A DNA stretch of 64,000 bases from a virus (Duplodnaviria > Caudoviricetes). Position numbers and translations under genes: made by a program. The number at the start of each line of letters is the position of its first letter. The stretch's first letter is position 1. The notes beneath the pieces were generated by a model. It was not told the DNA's origin and did not search any database. It saw nothing but the letters and a program-made list of their open reading frames with translations. This document shows, piece by piece, positions 1 to 8,222 of the stretch. The stretch spans positions 95,891 to 159,890 of the IMG/VR virus record IMGVR_UViG_3300014204_000116; one strand, 5' to 3'.

Positions 1-1329
1 GAGGCTCGCACACGGGGTATAGATTTTGGGGAAATGTGGCCACAGGTTGATCTACACCTATCGGCTGCCTCTATTCCAACGGACATTCGAGACATAGTAC
101 ATCGTATCTGGTTTGGAATGAAGCCAGGTGGCATCCGTGAGAGCGATGACATTTTTACAGACGTCGCCCGAGTTGGCGCGAGTTCTCCCTACGCCGTTGC
201 AAGGCGGGCGTGGGATCGAGAGATAAGCTATGGCAGTGGTGAGAATCCCTGGCGGGCCGTGTTCTTTGTCCTCGGATACCGAAACGATCTGGCCCACGAC
301 ATAGCTGACGAGTTTGTTACTGCTGCGGAGGATGTGGAGCAGCGTTCACAGGAAGAGGGCGTAGAGCCAGGCGCAGCACAAAGATACCGTGACGAGACGT
401 GGGGGCAGGTGCTGGAAGGAGAGCTTGCGCTGTTGCAGATGAAGCCCGCCGAAATGGACGCGATACACAGGCTTTGGAATAACCTGAATTTAGGCACGCG
501 CCGGGAGATACCCGAATCTGACGACATCCAGGCGGATGTGGTTAAGGCTGCCCTAAATTCGCCTGACGCTATTGTGCGTCGTGCATGGAGAAAGGGAATG
601 AGCGCGAAGGAGGCCACTACCAGTGACTATGACTTGCCAAAGAACTATTTTGGGTGGTTCGAAGTGATCAAAGCGCTCGGCCATACTAATTCCACGGTGG
701 CCCTACAGCTCGCCCGATTGCAAAAATTGGATGTAAAAGGGCGCGCCTCATGGATGGACGCTTATCACTGGCTCCAAGGCATCGTTCCAACACCGGCTTA
801 TATGCAAGCTCTTCAGCGCCTGTACAATGGCACCCTGTCAGAGAGTGAAGAGATCCCCGAACCTGACGAGGATATCATGCGGGATATATCGAGGCTCGCC
901 ATGAATCCGGTCCATGCAATTATCGATGCCATAAAGCGGGGCATCTCTTACAGCCGGACATTTCCGCACACGGGTGACTATACCTGGGATCTGGAGGTTA
1001 AGGTTGAGAAACCTGACATGATAGATCAAATGCCCGATATGCCTCGGATGATCATTATTAGGGCTAAGCAATATGTAGGGGATGGGCCGGTGAGCCAAGC
1101 TGCTGTGGGTGGCTATTTTTGGATGAAGGCTGATTGGGCTGATGCCCTAAAAACCCCTCTTACCAGTCTTATAAAGGCGGCAGGCAGGGGCCATCTTTTT
1201 GGTAACAGGGTCATGAAAGCCTACGAAGAGTGTACTAGCGTTCGGTATACCCGCCCGATCAAGTATGGAAAAGGTGGAAGGGCACAGAAAAATATCTACG
1301 GTCAGGGAATCTACGCCTACTACCGCTAA
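1..1329 (+). CDS. Repeat-containing hypothetical protein, 5'-truncated (frame open from base 1); candidate internal head polyprotein
   Basis: Frame 1 is open upstream of the track ATG at 34. Three related blocks: IRESDDIFTDVAR..RAWDREISY, IPESDDIQADVVK..RAWRKGMS, IPEPDEDIMRDISR..AIKRGISY. Confidence 0.7.
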   Translation, partial: EARTRGIDFGEMWPQVDLHLSAASIPTDIRDIVHRIWFGMKPGGIRESDDIFTDVARVGASSPYAVARRAWDREISYGSGENPWRAVFFVLGYRNDLAHDIADEFVTAAEDVEQRSQEEGVEPGAAQRYRDETWGQVLEGELALLQMKPAEMDAIHRLWNNLNLGTRREIPESDDIQADVVKAALNSPDAIVRRAWRKGMSAKEATTSDYDLPKNYFGWFEVIKALGHTNSTVALQLARLQKLDVKGRASWMDAYHWLQGIVPTPAYMQALQRLYNGTLSESEEIPEPDEDIMRDISRLAMNPVHAIIDAIKRGISYSRTFPHTGDYTWDLEVKVEKPDMIDQMPDMPRMIIIRAKQYVGDGPVSQAAVGGYFWMKADWADALKTPLTSLIKAAGRGHLFGNRVMKAYEECTSVRYTRPIKYGKGGRAQKNIYGQGIYAYYR

Positions 1330-1362
1330 AGGGGCCGATCTACAAATAATTTAAGATTCTTG

Positions 1363-1391
1363 TTGACGCCGAGTCTGCGCTCTGCTAAAGT
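1363..1391 (+). promoter_or_regulatory. sigma70-type promoter (TTGACG-N17-TAAAGT, TGn extension)
   Basis: -35 at 1363-1368, -10 at 1386-1391, ATG 1398 follows after 6 nt. Confidence 0.75.
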
Positions 1392-1397
1392 CGGCGC

Positions 1398-1739
1398 ATG
1401 AAAGAAACGTGCACAAGGACAGTAGAGCTTAAGCTCGTTCAGGAACGTCCGAGTCGTTATACCTGGGGCAAAGTTACGGCCATCCACACCATTGGGCCAT
1501 ACTCGATAATCGAATTTCAACAGTGGACGGTCAGGGGCTGCACTGTTAATGTAGGCGAGACTGACTTCCGACCTTCGGCTGCTCGATTCGATCCTTACTA
1601 CAACGGCAAGCGCATGGGCGCGTGCTGGCGCACGCTGGAACACGCCCTTCTGCACCTGATATCCTACCGTGCCACGAGCAGCACGGGCGAGCAGGCTGTC
1701 GAATTCGCGGCTCGCGTTCTTAATCTCCGCTTGCCTTAA
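1398..1739 (+). CDS. hypothetical protein
   Basis: ORF directly after promoter, first gene of plus-strand run. Confidence 0.7.
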   Translation: MKETCTRTVELKLVQERPSRYTWGKVTAIHTIGPYSIIEFQQWTVRGCTVNVGETDFRPSAARFDPYYNGKRMGACWRTLEHALLHLISYRATSSTGEQAVEFAARVLNLRLP

Positions 1740-1744
1740 ATTCT

Positions 1745-1993
1745 ATGGACACGTCTAAAAGTGCAATCCCCATGGATATCAGTGAACCAAGCGGTATGGC
1801 AGCGGCTGTCGAGTGGCAGCGCAGGCATCTTAGCACGCTCAAAGAAGGTGCCACCTGGGTTATTCCACGCAGTGGCACTATCCTGAGGGTCAGCCACGAA
1901 GCGAAAACGATCACGTGCCTGATCAGTTTGCTGCCTGATCCGAGCCTGGAACTCGTCACAAAAGCCATGGGATGGAAGTTCATCAACAGTTAA
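1745..1993 (+). CDS. hypothetical protein
   Basis: ORF tiling in plus-strand run. Confidence 0.6.
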   Translation: MDTSKSAIPMDISEPSGMAAAVEWQRRHLSTLKEGATWVIPRSGTILRVSHEAKTITCLISLLPDPSLELVTKAMGWKFINS

Positions 1994-2018
1994 CCTCAAC
2001 ACCATAATATCGAAAAAC

Positions 2019-2195
2019 ATGAATAAGCCCTTTACATCTTGTCAGCGCCGTAGTATTCTTCGCCTTGTCAACAGCCTGGAGCGCGAGCTTCAGTCGTCGC
2101 ACAACTTCGACATCCGGGGTAGTGTCAAGCCAGTCTTGCGGGGTGTCTTGCAGGACAGGCGGATGAGCCCGGCACGGAGCAGAACTCGCCGTTAA
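2019..2195 (+). CDS. small hypothetical protein (58 aa, not in ORF track)
   Basis: MNKPFTSCQRRSILRLVNSLEREL... fills the gap between neighbours. Confidence 0.45.
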   Translation: MNKPFTSCQRRSILRLVNSLERELQSSHNFDIRGSVKPVLRGVLQDRRMSPARSRTRR

Positions 2196-2233
2196 AACAT
2201 GAAAATAGACAGCGTGGTTAGCCTTATCCGATT

Positions 2234-2665
2234 ATGAATGAATGGATTGTATACCAACCGTTGCGGACGCGCGAAAAAGCGTTTCACGACATTAAACTGC
2301 GAGATGGCGCAGTAATCGAATGCTGCTGGCCCAACGCCGACGCCTGGACGCCGATGGACGGCAAACACTCGGGCAAGTCCATCAAGGACTATCGGGTCAC
2401 CCACATCCGGCGCTGTGAGCACCCGATGGACAGGGATGCCTTGCTCCTCAATAAAGGTGATCGCGTCAGGGTTTGTAACAACCCTCTGTGCGGCCATAAC
2501 GGTGGGATCACCGGCACCGTGGACATCATTGGCTACTTCGTGGATTCGTCAGAGCCCAACACTCGGATGGCGACTGTGATGAAAGATGGTGGTGGAATGG
2601 TCGGCCCGTTCCGGCTTAACGAATTGACCCGCATAACTGAAATCGCTCCGGCTACTGGGGTGTAA
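2234..2665 (+). CDS. hypothetical protein
   Basis: ORF tiling. Confidence 0.6.
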   Translation: MNEWIVYQPLRTREKAFHDIKLRDGAVIECCWPNADAWTPMDGKHSGKSIKDYRVTHIRRCEHPMDRDALLLNKGDRVRVCNNPLCGHNGGITGTVDIIGYFVDSSEPNTRMATVMKDGGGMVGPFRLNELTRITEIAPATGV

Positions 2666-2677
2666 TCTACAGGCATT

Positions 2678-2971
2678 ATGGAAAAGAAAGCTAAAATTTG
2701 GGTAACGAAGTATGCACTGACCAAGGGCATACTGGAGATCGAGGAGGCTATCCTGGATGAAAGTAATCCTCGCGTAGCAAAGTACACCGACGCGCGTGGA
2801 TACCTGATCTTTTACTACGGCGATGACTGGCACTTGAGCCTGGAAGCGGCCATTTGCCACGCGCGTGCAATGCTCGAAAAGTCCATCGCAAATCTTAAGC
2901 GCAGGGTACTCAGGTTGTCCAAACTGTCTCAGTTGTCTGAGGGGCAGTTCAAAGTGATGAAGCACCCGTAA
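2678..2971 (+). CDS. hypothetical phage protein
   Basis: WVTKYALTKGI motif recalled from small phage proteins; ORF tiling. Confidence 0.65.
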   Translation: MEKKAKIWVTKYALTKGILEIEEAILDESNPRVAKYTDARGYLIFYYGDDWHLSLEAAICHARAMLEKSIANLKRRVLRLSKLSQLSEGQFKVMKHP

Positions 2972-2973
2972 GC

Positions 2974-3234
2974 ATGCACCACAGCTTAGTGTGCCCGGCC
3001 TGCGGAAAGGCTCAATTCTTTGAGTTTGGGGATGCTGAGAAGGTCTGCCAATACGAGGGCTGCGTGGGCAACGTCATCAAGATCGTCTACAACGAGGCGC
3101 TGCTCCGGCAGGTGATATCGGATCTCCAGGCTGAGGTAAAACGTCTTCAGCCTGCGCCCAGGCGAACGGGGCGGAAGCCACCCGAGATCCAAAGGGTTAA
3201 CGGAGGGTGGGTCGTGGTTCCACAAATAACTTAA
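2974..3234 (+). CDS. hypothetical protein with CxxC..CxxxxC zinc-ribbon-like motif
   Basis: CPAC..CQYEGC. Confidence 0.55.
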   Translation: MHHSLVCPACGKAQFFEFGDAEKVCQYEGCVGNVIKIVYNEALLRQVISDLQAEVKRLQPAPRRTGRKPPEIQRVNGGWVVVPQIT

Positions 3235-3242
3235 GATTTTTG

Positions 3243-3271
3243 TTGCAATCAACTGCCAGCTATGCCATACT
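3243..3271 (+). promoter_or_regulatory. sigma70-type promoter (TTGCAA-N17-CATACT, TGn extension)
   Basis: ATG at 3279 follows -10 after 7 nt. Confidence 0.65.
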
Positions 3272-3278
3272 GCCACTC

Positions 3279-4487
3279 ATGAATATGAAGACATTGCGAG
3301 TTTCAACCGAAGTCAGGGCTGCCATCCGTAACTCTTTGATCAGGGTCGGGCAGGTTTTTCCGCCCAAGCACCCGATCAGCAAAGAGGCCTATGCCGAGTA
3401 TAAGAGGGTCATGGAAATCCTCGAAGGCACCTGGGTAACAGGCAAGAATTATTTCGATTTTCCTTTCCACGTTCAATTGCACAGGGTGCTTAAAAGGGTG
3501 GTGACAACCGGTGAGGTTCCTCTTCGGGTTCAGACCTACCAGGAGTTTTTAACTCCCACCGATTTGGCAGATAAAATGGCGGCATTGGCTATCGGACAAC
3601 TCGCTTCCATTGATCTCATTCACCCTAACAAGGCTATGGTCCTGGAACCGAGCGCGGGTCGCGGTGCTATTATCGATGCCTTGCTGAGGCGTTCTGAGAT
3701 CCCCTGGAACTGGGAAATAAACGCTGTCGAAATTCAAGGGAGAAACGCCCGCGCTATCACGGATGACCCCCGAGTCTATGTCGTCAATGGTGATTTTTTG
3801 GATCAAAGACCTGCATGCGGTCGATATGATGCCGTGCTGATGAATCCTCCCTTCGCCCGCAATGCGTGGTTGCTCCACCTGGAGCATGCCATCAAGTTCC
3901 TGGGAAAGAACGGCTTCCTTATCGCCGTCGTGCCGAGCACCGCGAATTTGCCTGCGCTTACTTTCATCGAGGACAAGTCTAACGTTTGCATCATACCCGT
4001 CCCACAGTTCTCGTTCGAGGGGACCAATGCCAAGGTTAGCATTCTGACCGTAGGCATCAAGCCGGATATCGCCGCGTGCTATTTCAGCGTGCCGAAGGAG
4101 GTTACTGAATTCAACGCGCCAGATCCCAAAACTCCAAGCCGCTACATCAAGTCCATCCGTAATCACCTTGTCAAAGCACTCTCGGAATTGGCTGCTCTGG
4201 AGGATGAGCTGAGGTCCAAGGAGGAAGAGCTGCCGAATGGCCGGATAGACTTCAAAAAGGCGATATCGAATATTTTCTCGCTTTACGGAGAGGCAGTTAA
4301 GAAAGGGGGCAAGCTGCCCAAAGATCAGGTGCAGGCGCTGATGAGCGATTTGTTCGCGATCTATCGGAGGGAAACGGGTGAGCCCAGTGCGAATGTGGTT
4401 AAATTGCGCACGCTCTGCAAATGGGCCGTTACGCGAGGGCTCACTACCGACGACGAGGCTGTGCAGTTGATGGCAGCCTATGACTAG
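3279..4487 (+). CDS. SAM-dependent N6-adenine (amino) DNA methyltransferase
   Basis: Motif I VLEPSAGRGAI, GDFL, catalytic motif IV MNPPF; start moved to ATG 3279 by promoter position. Confidence 0.85.
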   Translation: MNMKTLRVSTEVRAAIRNSLIRVGQVFPPKHPISKEAYAEYKRVMEILEGTWVTGKNYFDFPFHVQLHRVLKRVVTTGEVPLRVQTYQEFLTPTDLADKMAALAIGQLASIDLIHPNKAMVLEPSAGRGAIIDALLRRSEIPWNWEINAVEIQGRNARAITDDPRVYVVNGDFLDQRPACGRYDAVLMNPPFARNAWLLHLEHAIKFLGKNGFLIAVVPSTANLPALTFIEDKSNVCIIPVPQFSFEGTNAKVSILTVGIKPDIAACYFSVPKEVTEFNAPDPKTPSRYIKSIRNHLVKALSELAALEDELRSKEEELPNGRIDFKKAISNIFSLYGEAVKKGGKLPKDQVQALMSDLFAIYRRETGEPSANVVKLRTLCKWAVTRGLTTDDEAVQLMAAYD

Positions 4488-4755
4488 GGATTATTTTGTC
4501 TACATTTTGGAGTGTCGCGATGGCACCCTTTACACGGGCATCACGACAGACGTGAATCGGCGGGTGCAGGAGCACAACACGTCCAGGCGCGGGGCAAGAT
4601 ACACCCGTTACCGCCGACCGGTTAAGCTGCTATGGAACAGCCAGGCCGTGGATCTGTCTTCTGCCTTGCGTGCAGAGGCGGGTATCAAGAAGAAAACAAG
4701 AGCACAAAAATTAGAGCATATCACGAATTATGAAAAAAGCGTTTACACTGATTGA
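4480..4755 (+). CDS. GIY-YIG nuclease family protein (YhbQ/UPF0213-like)
   Basis: YFVYILECRDGTLYTGITTDVNRRVQEHN..GARYTRYRRPVKL. Confidence 0.9.
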   Translation: MTRDYFVYILECRDGTLYTGITTDVNRRVQEHNTSRRGARYTRYRRPVKLLWNSQAVDLSSALRAEAGIKKKTRAQKLEHITNYEKSVYTD

Positions 4756-5155
4756 GCTGTTGATAGCCATCGTAATTGTCGTAATCTTCTGCGCCCTTAT
4801 GGTGCCCATCTTCGGAGGGGGTAATGTATCGGACGGTGCCCGCGTGGGATGCGTCGGCAAGTTCGCCAACAAAGGTGTCATGGTAAAGTCCTGGGAGGGC
4901 GAGCTGATCATGGGAGGCACCAAGGGATCTTCAGACGGGGATGGTGGCCTGTCCCTGGTCGCCAATGTGTGGGAATTCACCGTTATGGACAACGGGATCG
5001 CGGAGCAGATCAATATGCTTCTGGACACCGGCCACCGGGCCAAGTTTTTCTACCACCAGTCGTTTTTCTACAACCCCTTTGTTCGTGATACCGCCTATAC
5101 CGTGTGGAAGGTTGAAGACCTGCAACCGACTAATTCCCTCCGGCACGGATTTTAG
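4730..5155 (+). CDS. prepilin-type N-terminal cleavage/methylation motif protein
   Basis: MKKAFTLIELLIAIVIVVIFCALMVP, followed by a GKFANKG..KSWEGEL domain. Confidence 0.75.
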   Translation: MKKAFTLIELLIAIVIVVIFCALMVPIFGGGNVSDGARVGCVGKFANKGVMVKSWEGELIMGGTKGSSDGDGGLSLVANVWEFTVMDNGIAEQINMLLDTGHRAKFFYHQSFFYNPFVRDTAYTVWKVEDLQPTNSLRHGF

Positions 5156-5168
5156 ATGAAAGGCTGCC

Positions 5169-5438
5169 ATGACAATACTACAAGCATTTTACCAGGTCAT
5201 GTGGTGCATACTGGTTGCACTCCCGTTTCTTTTGCCAGCCGCAGGCATCGTGTGGGGATTTTGCATAATTATTGAGGGCATAACCCGCCCAGGCCTGGTC
5301 AGGATTATGCTAGGGTGCGCCCTTGTGGCCATCATGCTCATCGCTATGACTACGCTAATCCACTGGTCTACCTCGTGCGGCATTGATTTTACCAGTTACT
5401 CGACTTGGAAAGAAACAACAACTTTGGGCGTTCGTTAG
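5169..5438 (+). CDS. membrane protein
   Basis: two hydrophobic segments. Confidence 0.6.
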   Translation: MTILQAFYQVMWCILVALPFLLPAAGIVWGFCIIIEGITRPGLVRIMLGCALVAIMLIAMTTLIHWSTSCGIDFTSYSTWKETTTLGVR

Positions 5439-5449
5439 GAGATTAGACT

Positions 5450-6385
5450 ATGATGAAGAATGTTTTACAGCCCTGGGTGTGGGAATTGACACTCATGCAA
5501 CAATCGGTTCTTATCGCTGCTGTCCGTGGGCCGGATGGCTTGCGTAAAGACCATTCCTCAAAGCTTCTGTGCCGATGGCTTCGGAGGAGTTTCATGCTCT
5601 CGGCTTTTGATGGCAAGGCGCTGAATGCCCCGGATCTCGCGGGCGGTGGAAGTTTTACGGGGCCAAGCCTGGCGATTCAGGACTATGGCTTGCCGTGTAT
5701 CGCCAAAGCCAAACAAACAGGCGTGCCCGTATGGCATGTCGCGATGATGATCCAGGTGCAGAAATATCTGAAGCTTGTGGATGAGATGCCCCACCACTTT
5801 CAACTGCATTTTATGCACGCCGCAGAAATCCTGGGGTACAAGCACCCTGACTGGGATATCCGCAAATTCTGGAAGGAAACCTACCTGATGATTGTGAACG
5901 ACGCCCATTTGCGCCCCGAGCCCGAGGCCGACATGGACCAGCGCTTGGGCGACAGCGAAAGCCAGTGGCGTAGCGCTGAAATAGTTACGGCTGATCCTCC
6001 TGCGAAAGTGGGAATATGCCAGGACGAAAAGGAACAGGCTGAAATGGTTGGAAGAGCGCTACTTGAGAAAACGCGAGCCGCGACGGAGTCGCTCAAGAGG
6101 GAACGGATCGTGGCGGAGCTGCGTGAGAAAAAGGAAACGGTGCAACCCACCCAGCCCTGGTGGATGGCGAAAGTGGCAGAGGGTGAGGATTTCATCATTG
6201 TTGAGGCTGTTTGTGACCGGTTCATCGTCGTTGGCTTTCGCAAGGACAGCCCGAGGTTTAATTACCTGGGTGATTATTCCTCAATGGGGACCGCTTGTGG
6301 GGCGGTGGATCGCCTATACAATAAAGTGCGTGAGATAAGCGTTACGGAATCTTACGCGGAACTGGGAGCATCCCGCCACGTATGA
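5450..6385 (+). CDS. conserved-type phage hypothetical protein
   Basis: VLQPWV..LMQQSVLIAAVRGPDG..PHHFQLHFMHAAEILGYKHPD; AGGAG upstream. Confidence 0.75.
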   Translation: MMKNVLQPWVWELTLMQQSVLIAAVRGPDGLRKDHSSKLLCRWLRRSFMLSAFDGKALNAPDLAGGGSFTGPSLAIQDYGLPCIAKAKQTGVPVWHVAMMIQVQKYLKLVDEMPHHFQLHFMHAAEILGYKHPDWDIRKFWKETYLMIVNDAHLRPEPEADMDQRLGDSESQWRSAEIVTADPPAKVGICQDEKEQAEMVGRALLEKTRAATESLKRERIVAELREKKETVQPTQPWWMAKVAEGEDFIIVEAVCDRFIVVGFRKDSPRFNYLGDYSSMGTACGAVDRLYNKVREISVTESYAELGASRHV

Positions 6386-6687
6386 AATGGATCATTGCCC
6401 TCCTCGCTGTGGCCCTGCTCGCTGGCTGTGCGTCGGACGGCAACTGGGGTGTAATGAACAACACTCGTTACACCCTTCAGGTTGTCCAGGATGGCGCGCC
6501 GGTCGCCCGCGTCGAGCCCGGCGAAACGGTTGTCCTGAAAAAGCGGGTATGGGTGCGTTATTCCAGCGTGTGCGTGTCGGCATACCAGCAGAATTTGTAC
6601 ATGGGAGGCAACTCTTACACGTTCTATTGGGAGAGAGCCTACATGTGGCAGGTTGACAACGTTAACAGACCAGGAGATGTGAGATGA
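6382..6687 (+). CDS. lipoprotein
   Basis: MKWIIALLAVALLAGC lipobox. Confidence 0.75.
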   Translation: MKWIIALLAVALLAGCASDGNWGVMNNTRYTLQVVQDGAPVARVEPGETVVLKKRVWVRYSSVCVSAYQQNLYMGGNSYTFYWERAYMWQVDNVNRPGDVR

Positions 6688-7391
6688 ACATTATAGAAGA
6701 AATATCCAAGTTAGACAGTGAAGATTTAATTGAGGTTAGACGCGAAAAACCGGGAGGGAAATTCATCGTATCCATCATAACTGGGTATTACAAGGGATCG
6801 ATTACCAGTGACGTGATCGGGACCGCCGATACCACCATAGCGGGAATATCCCTGGCCAGTAAGCGCTATCACGGGAATAGGCCCAGGTGTATTCATGCTA
6901 CGACAGACTACGCTATGGTTGCTTTCAAAACTGCGCCTATTAATAAGTACCTGTGCCACGTCTATTACGAGGGCGGCAATGGCCATAATGGCCGACATAT
7001 TTATGCAGAGAACCCCAACGAGGCATTCAGGCTTCTGCTTCATGAGATCACTGATGACGTGGAGCCGGGGAAAAAGGACAATCCCCGCTACCCACGTAAG
7101 CAGATAGACTCCATCCTCATCGAGGCATATCGCCCACTTTTACCCGGTCAACACCCTGATACGCCCCGATTAGTTTATGCGGTGCTGTCCGGTAAAGCCA
7201 AGCGCAGCGATGGTGCTGTCGTGTGGGAATCTCAGACTATTTCCGAAGACGGTGCACCGGATGGCGCGTGGGCCGAGGCATTCGCTAAATCCCAATGTGG
7301 CGACTCTGCCGGAATGAAGGCGGTTACAACTGGTGTAACCACATTCGGATTCACGGGCACGATGGTTCCCAGTAATGATCCTCGATCATAA
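6684..7391 (+). CDS. hypothetical protein
   Basis: ATGA overlap with upstream gene. Confidence 0.65.
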   Translation: MNIIEEISKLDSEDLIEVRREKPGGKFIVSIITGYYKGSITSDVIGTADTTIAGISLASKRYHGNRPRCIHATTDYAMVAFKTAPINKYLCHVYYEGGNGHNGRHIYAENPNEAFRLLLHEITDDVEPGKKDNPRYPRKQIDSILIEAYRPLLPGQHPDTPRLVYAVLSGKAKRSDGAVVWESQTISEDGAPDGAWAEAFAKSQCGDSAGMKAVTTGVTTFGFTGTMVPSNDPRS

Positions 7392-7421
7392 TGATCCCCG
7401 AGCATAACAACTGATTTTTGT

Positions 7422-8000
7422 ATGAGGTCCAAGGACAAGTCATCACGAGGCGCAGAAGGCCTGCGGATCTTGCACAAGACTTCTGACGGTGAAGGCAGCG
7501 CGCGGAGGCGCAAGAAATCTCTTGCGCGCGTCCCGTCGATATCGTTTAACGAACTGGTCGAGGCCACCTACCAGGCTGCTAGCCAGGAAAAGGCGGGGTG
7601 GAAAACGCTGGCGGTCGAGAAGACTGTCAGTGCGTCAGGACACGTCAGGCGCAAGGCGGTCAATTACACCCGAGACACCAAGTCAAGGCTGCTGCCTAAG
7701 CTGACCGGCAGGGATGGACCCCTATTCATCCTTAACCGGGCTCTGGGTCTGTCAGAGATTAACCAGGGCCTGCTGAAGATCAACTCTGGGGATCTCGGGT
7801 TTGAAGGAATACCCTGTACTGTGCACTTGCCCCAGGTCAACCAAACGATAGAGACGCTTATTAAGCCAGAGTATCGCTTTACCAAGGGATTCAGAAATTC
7901 ACCGCATCTTGCTGCCGCAGTTTCCGGCAAAAAGCGCATGATGATGACAGAGCTTGGCTCAGACGACGACAAACCCCAGCTTCAGATCACATTCTACTGA
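7422..8000 (+). CDS. hypothetical basic protein
   Basis: ORF tiling. Confidence 0.6.
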   Translation: MRSKDKSSRGAEGLRILHKTSDGEGSARRRKKSLARVPSISFNELVEATYQAASQEKAGWKTLAVEKTVSASGHVRRKAVNYTRDTKSRLLPKLTGRDGPLFILNRALGLSEINQGLLKINSGDLGFEGIPCTVHLPQVNQTIETLIKPEYRFTKGFRNSPHLAAAVSGKKRMMMTELGSDDDKPQLQITFY

Positions 8001-8007
8001 CAAAAAT

Positions 8008-8178
8008 ATGGAGCGGCACAAGACCGAATATATGACGTGGTATGAAATTCTGTGGTGCAGGCTAACACACCGTAAATACCACCAGGACTACTCGGCGGAA
8101 GGCCACACTCATTATTGGCGCTGCCACCAGTGCAATCGGCACTTCACTACTTGTCCTCGCATAAAAAATATAAAATAA
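8008..8178 (+). CDS. small His/Cys-rich hypothetical protein
   Basis: WCRLTHRKYH..WRCHQC. Confidence 0.5.
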   Translation: MERHKTEYMTWYEILWCRLTHRKYHQDYSAEGHTHYWRCHQCNRHFTTCPRIKNIK

Positions 8179-8182
8179 GTTG

Positions 8183-8211
8183 TTGCATTCTCCCGGCTGT
8201 TGTGCAATAAT
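8183..8211 (+). promoter_or_regulatory. sigma70-type promoter (TTGCAT-N17-AATAAT, TGn extension)
   Basis: ATG 8223 follows after 11 nt; AT-rich upstream element. Confidence 0.6.
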
Positions 8212-8222
8212 CGGGCACGATT

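Noticed and set aside
3279-4755. Methyltransferase plus GIY-YIG as a restriction-modification pair
   Set aside because: The GIY-YIG protein is a minimal 91-aa YhbQ-like domain with no specificity region, and adjacency alone is insufficient.
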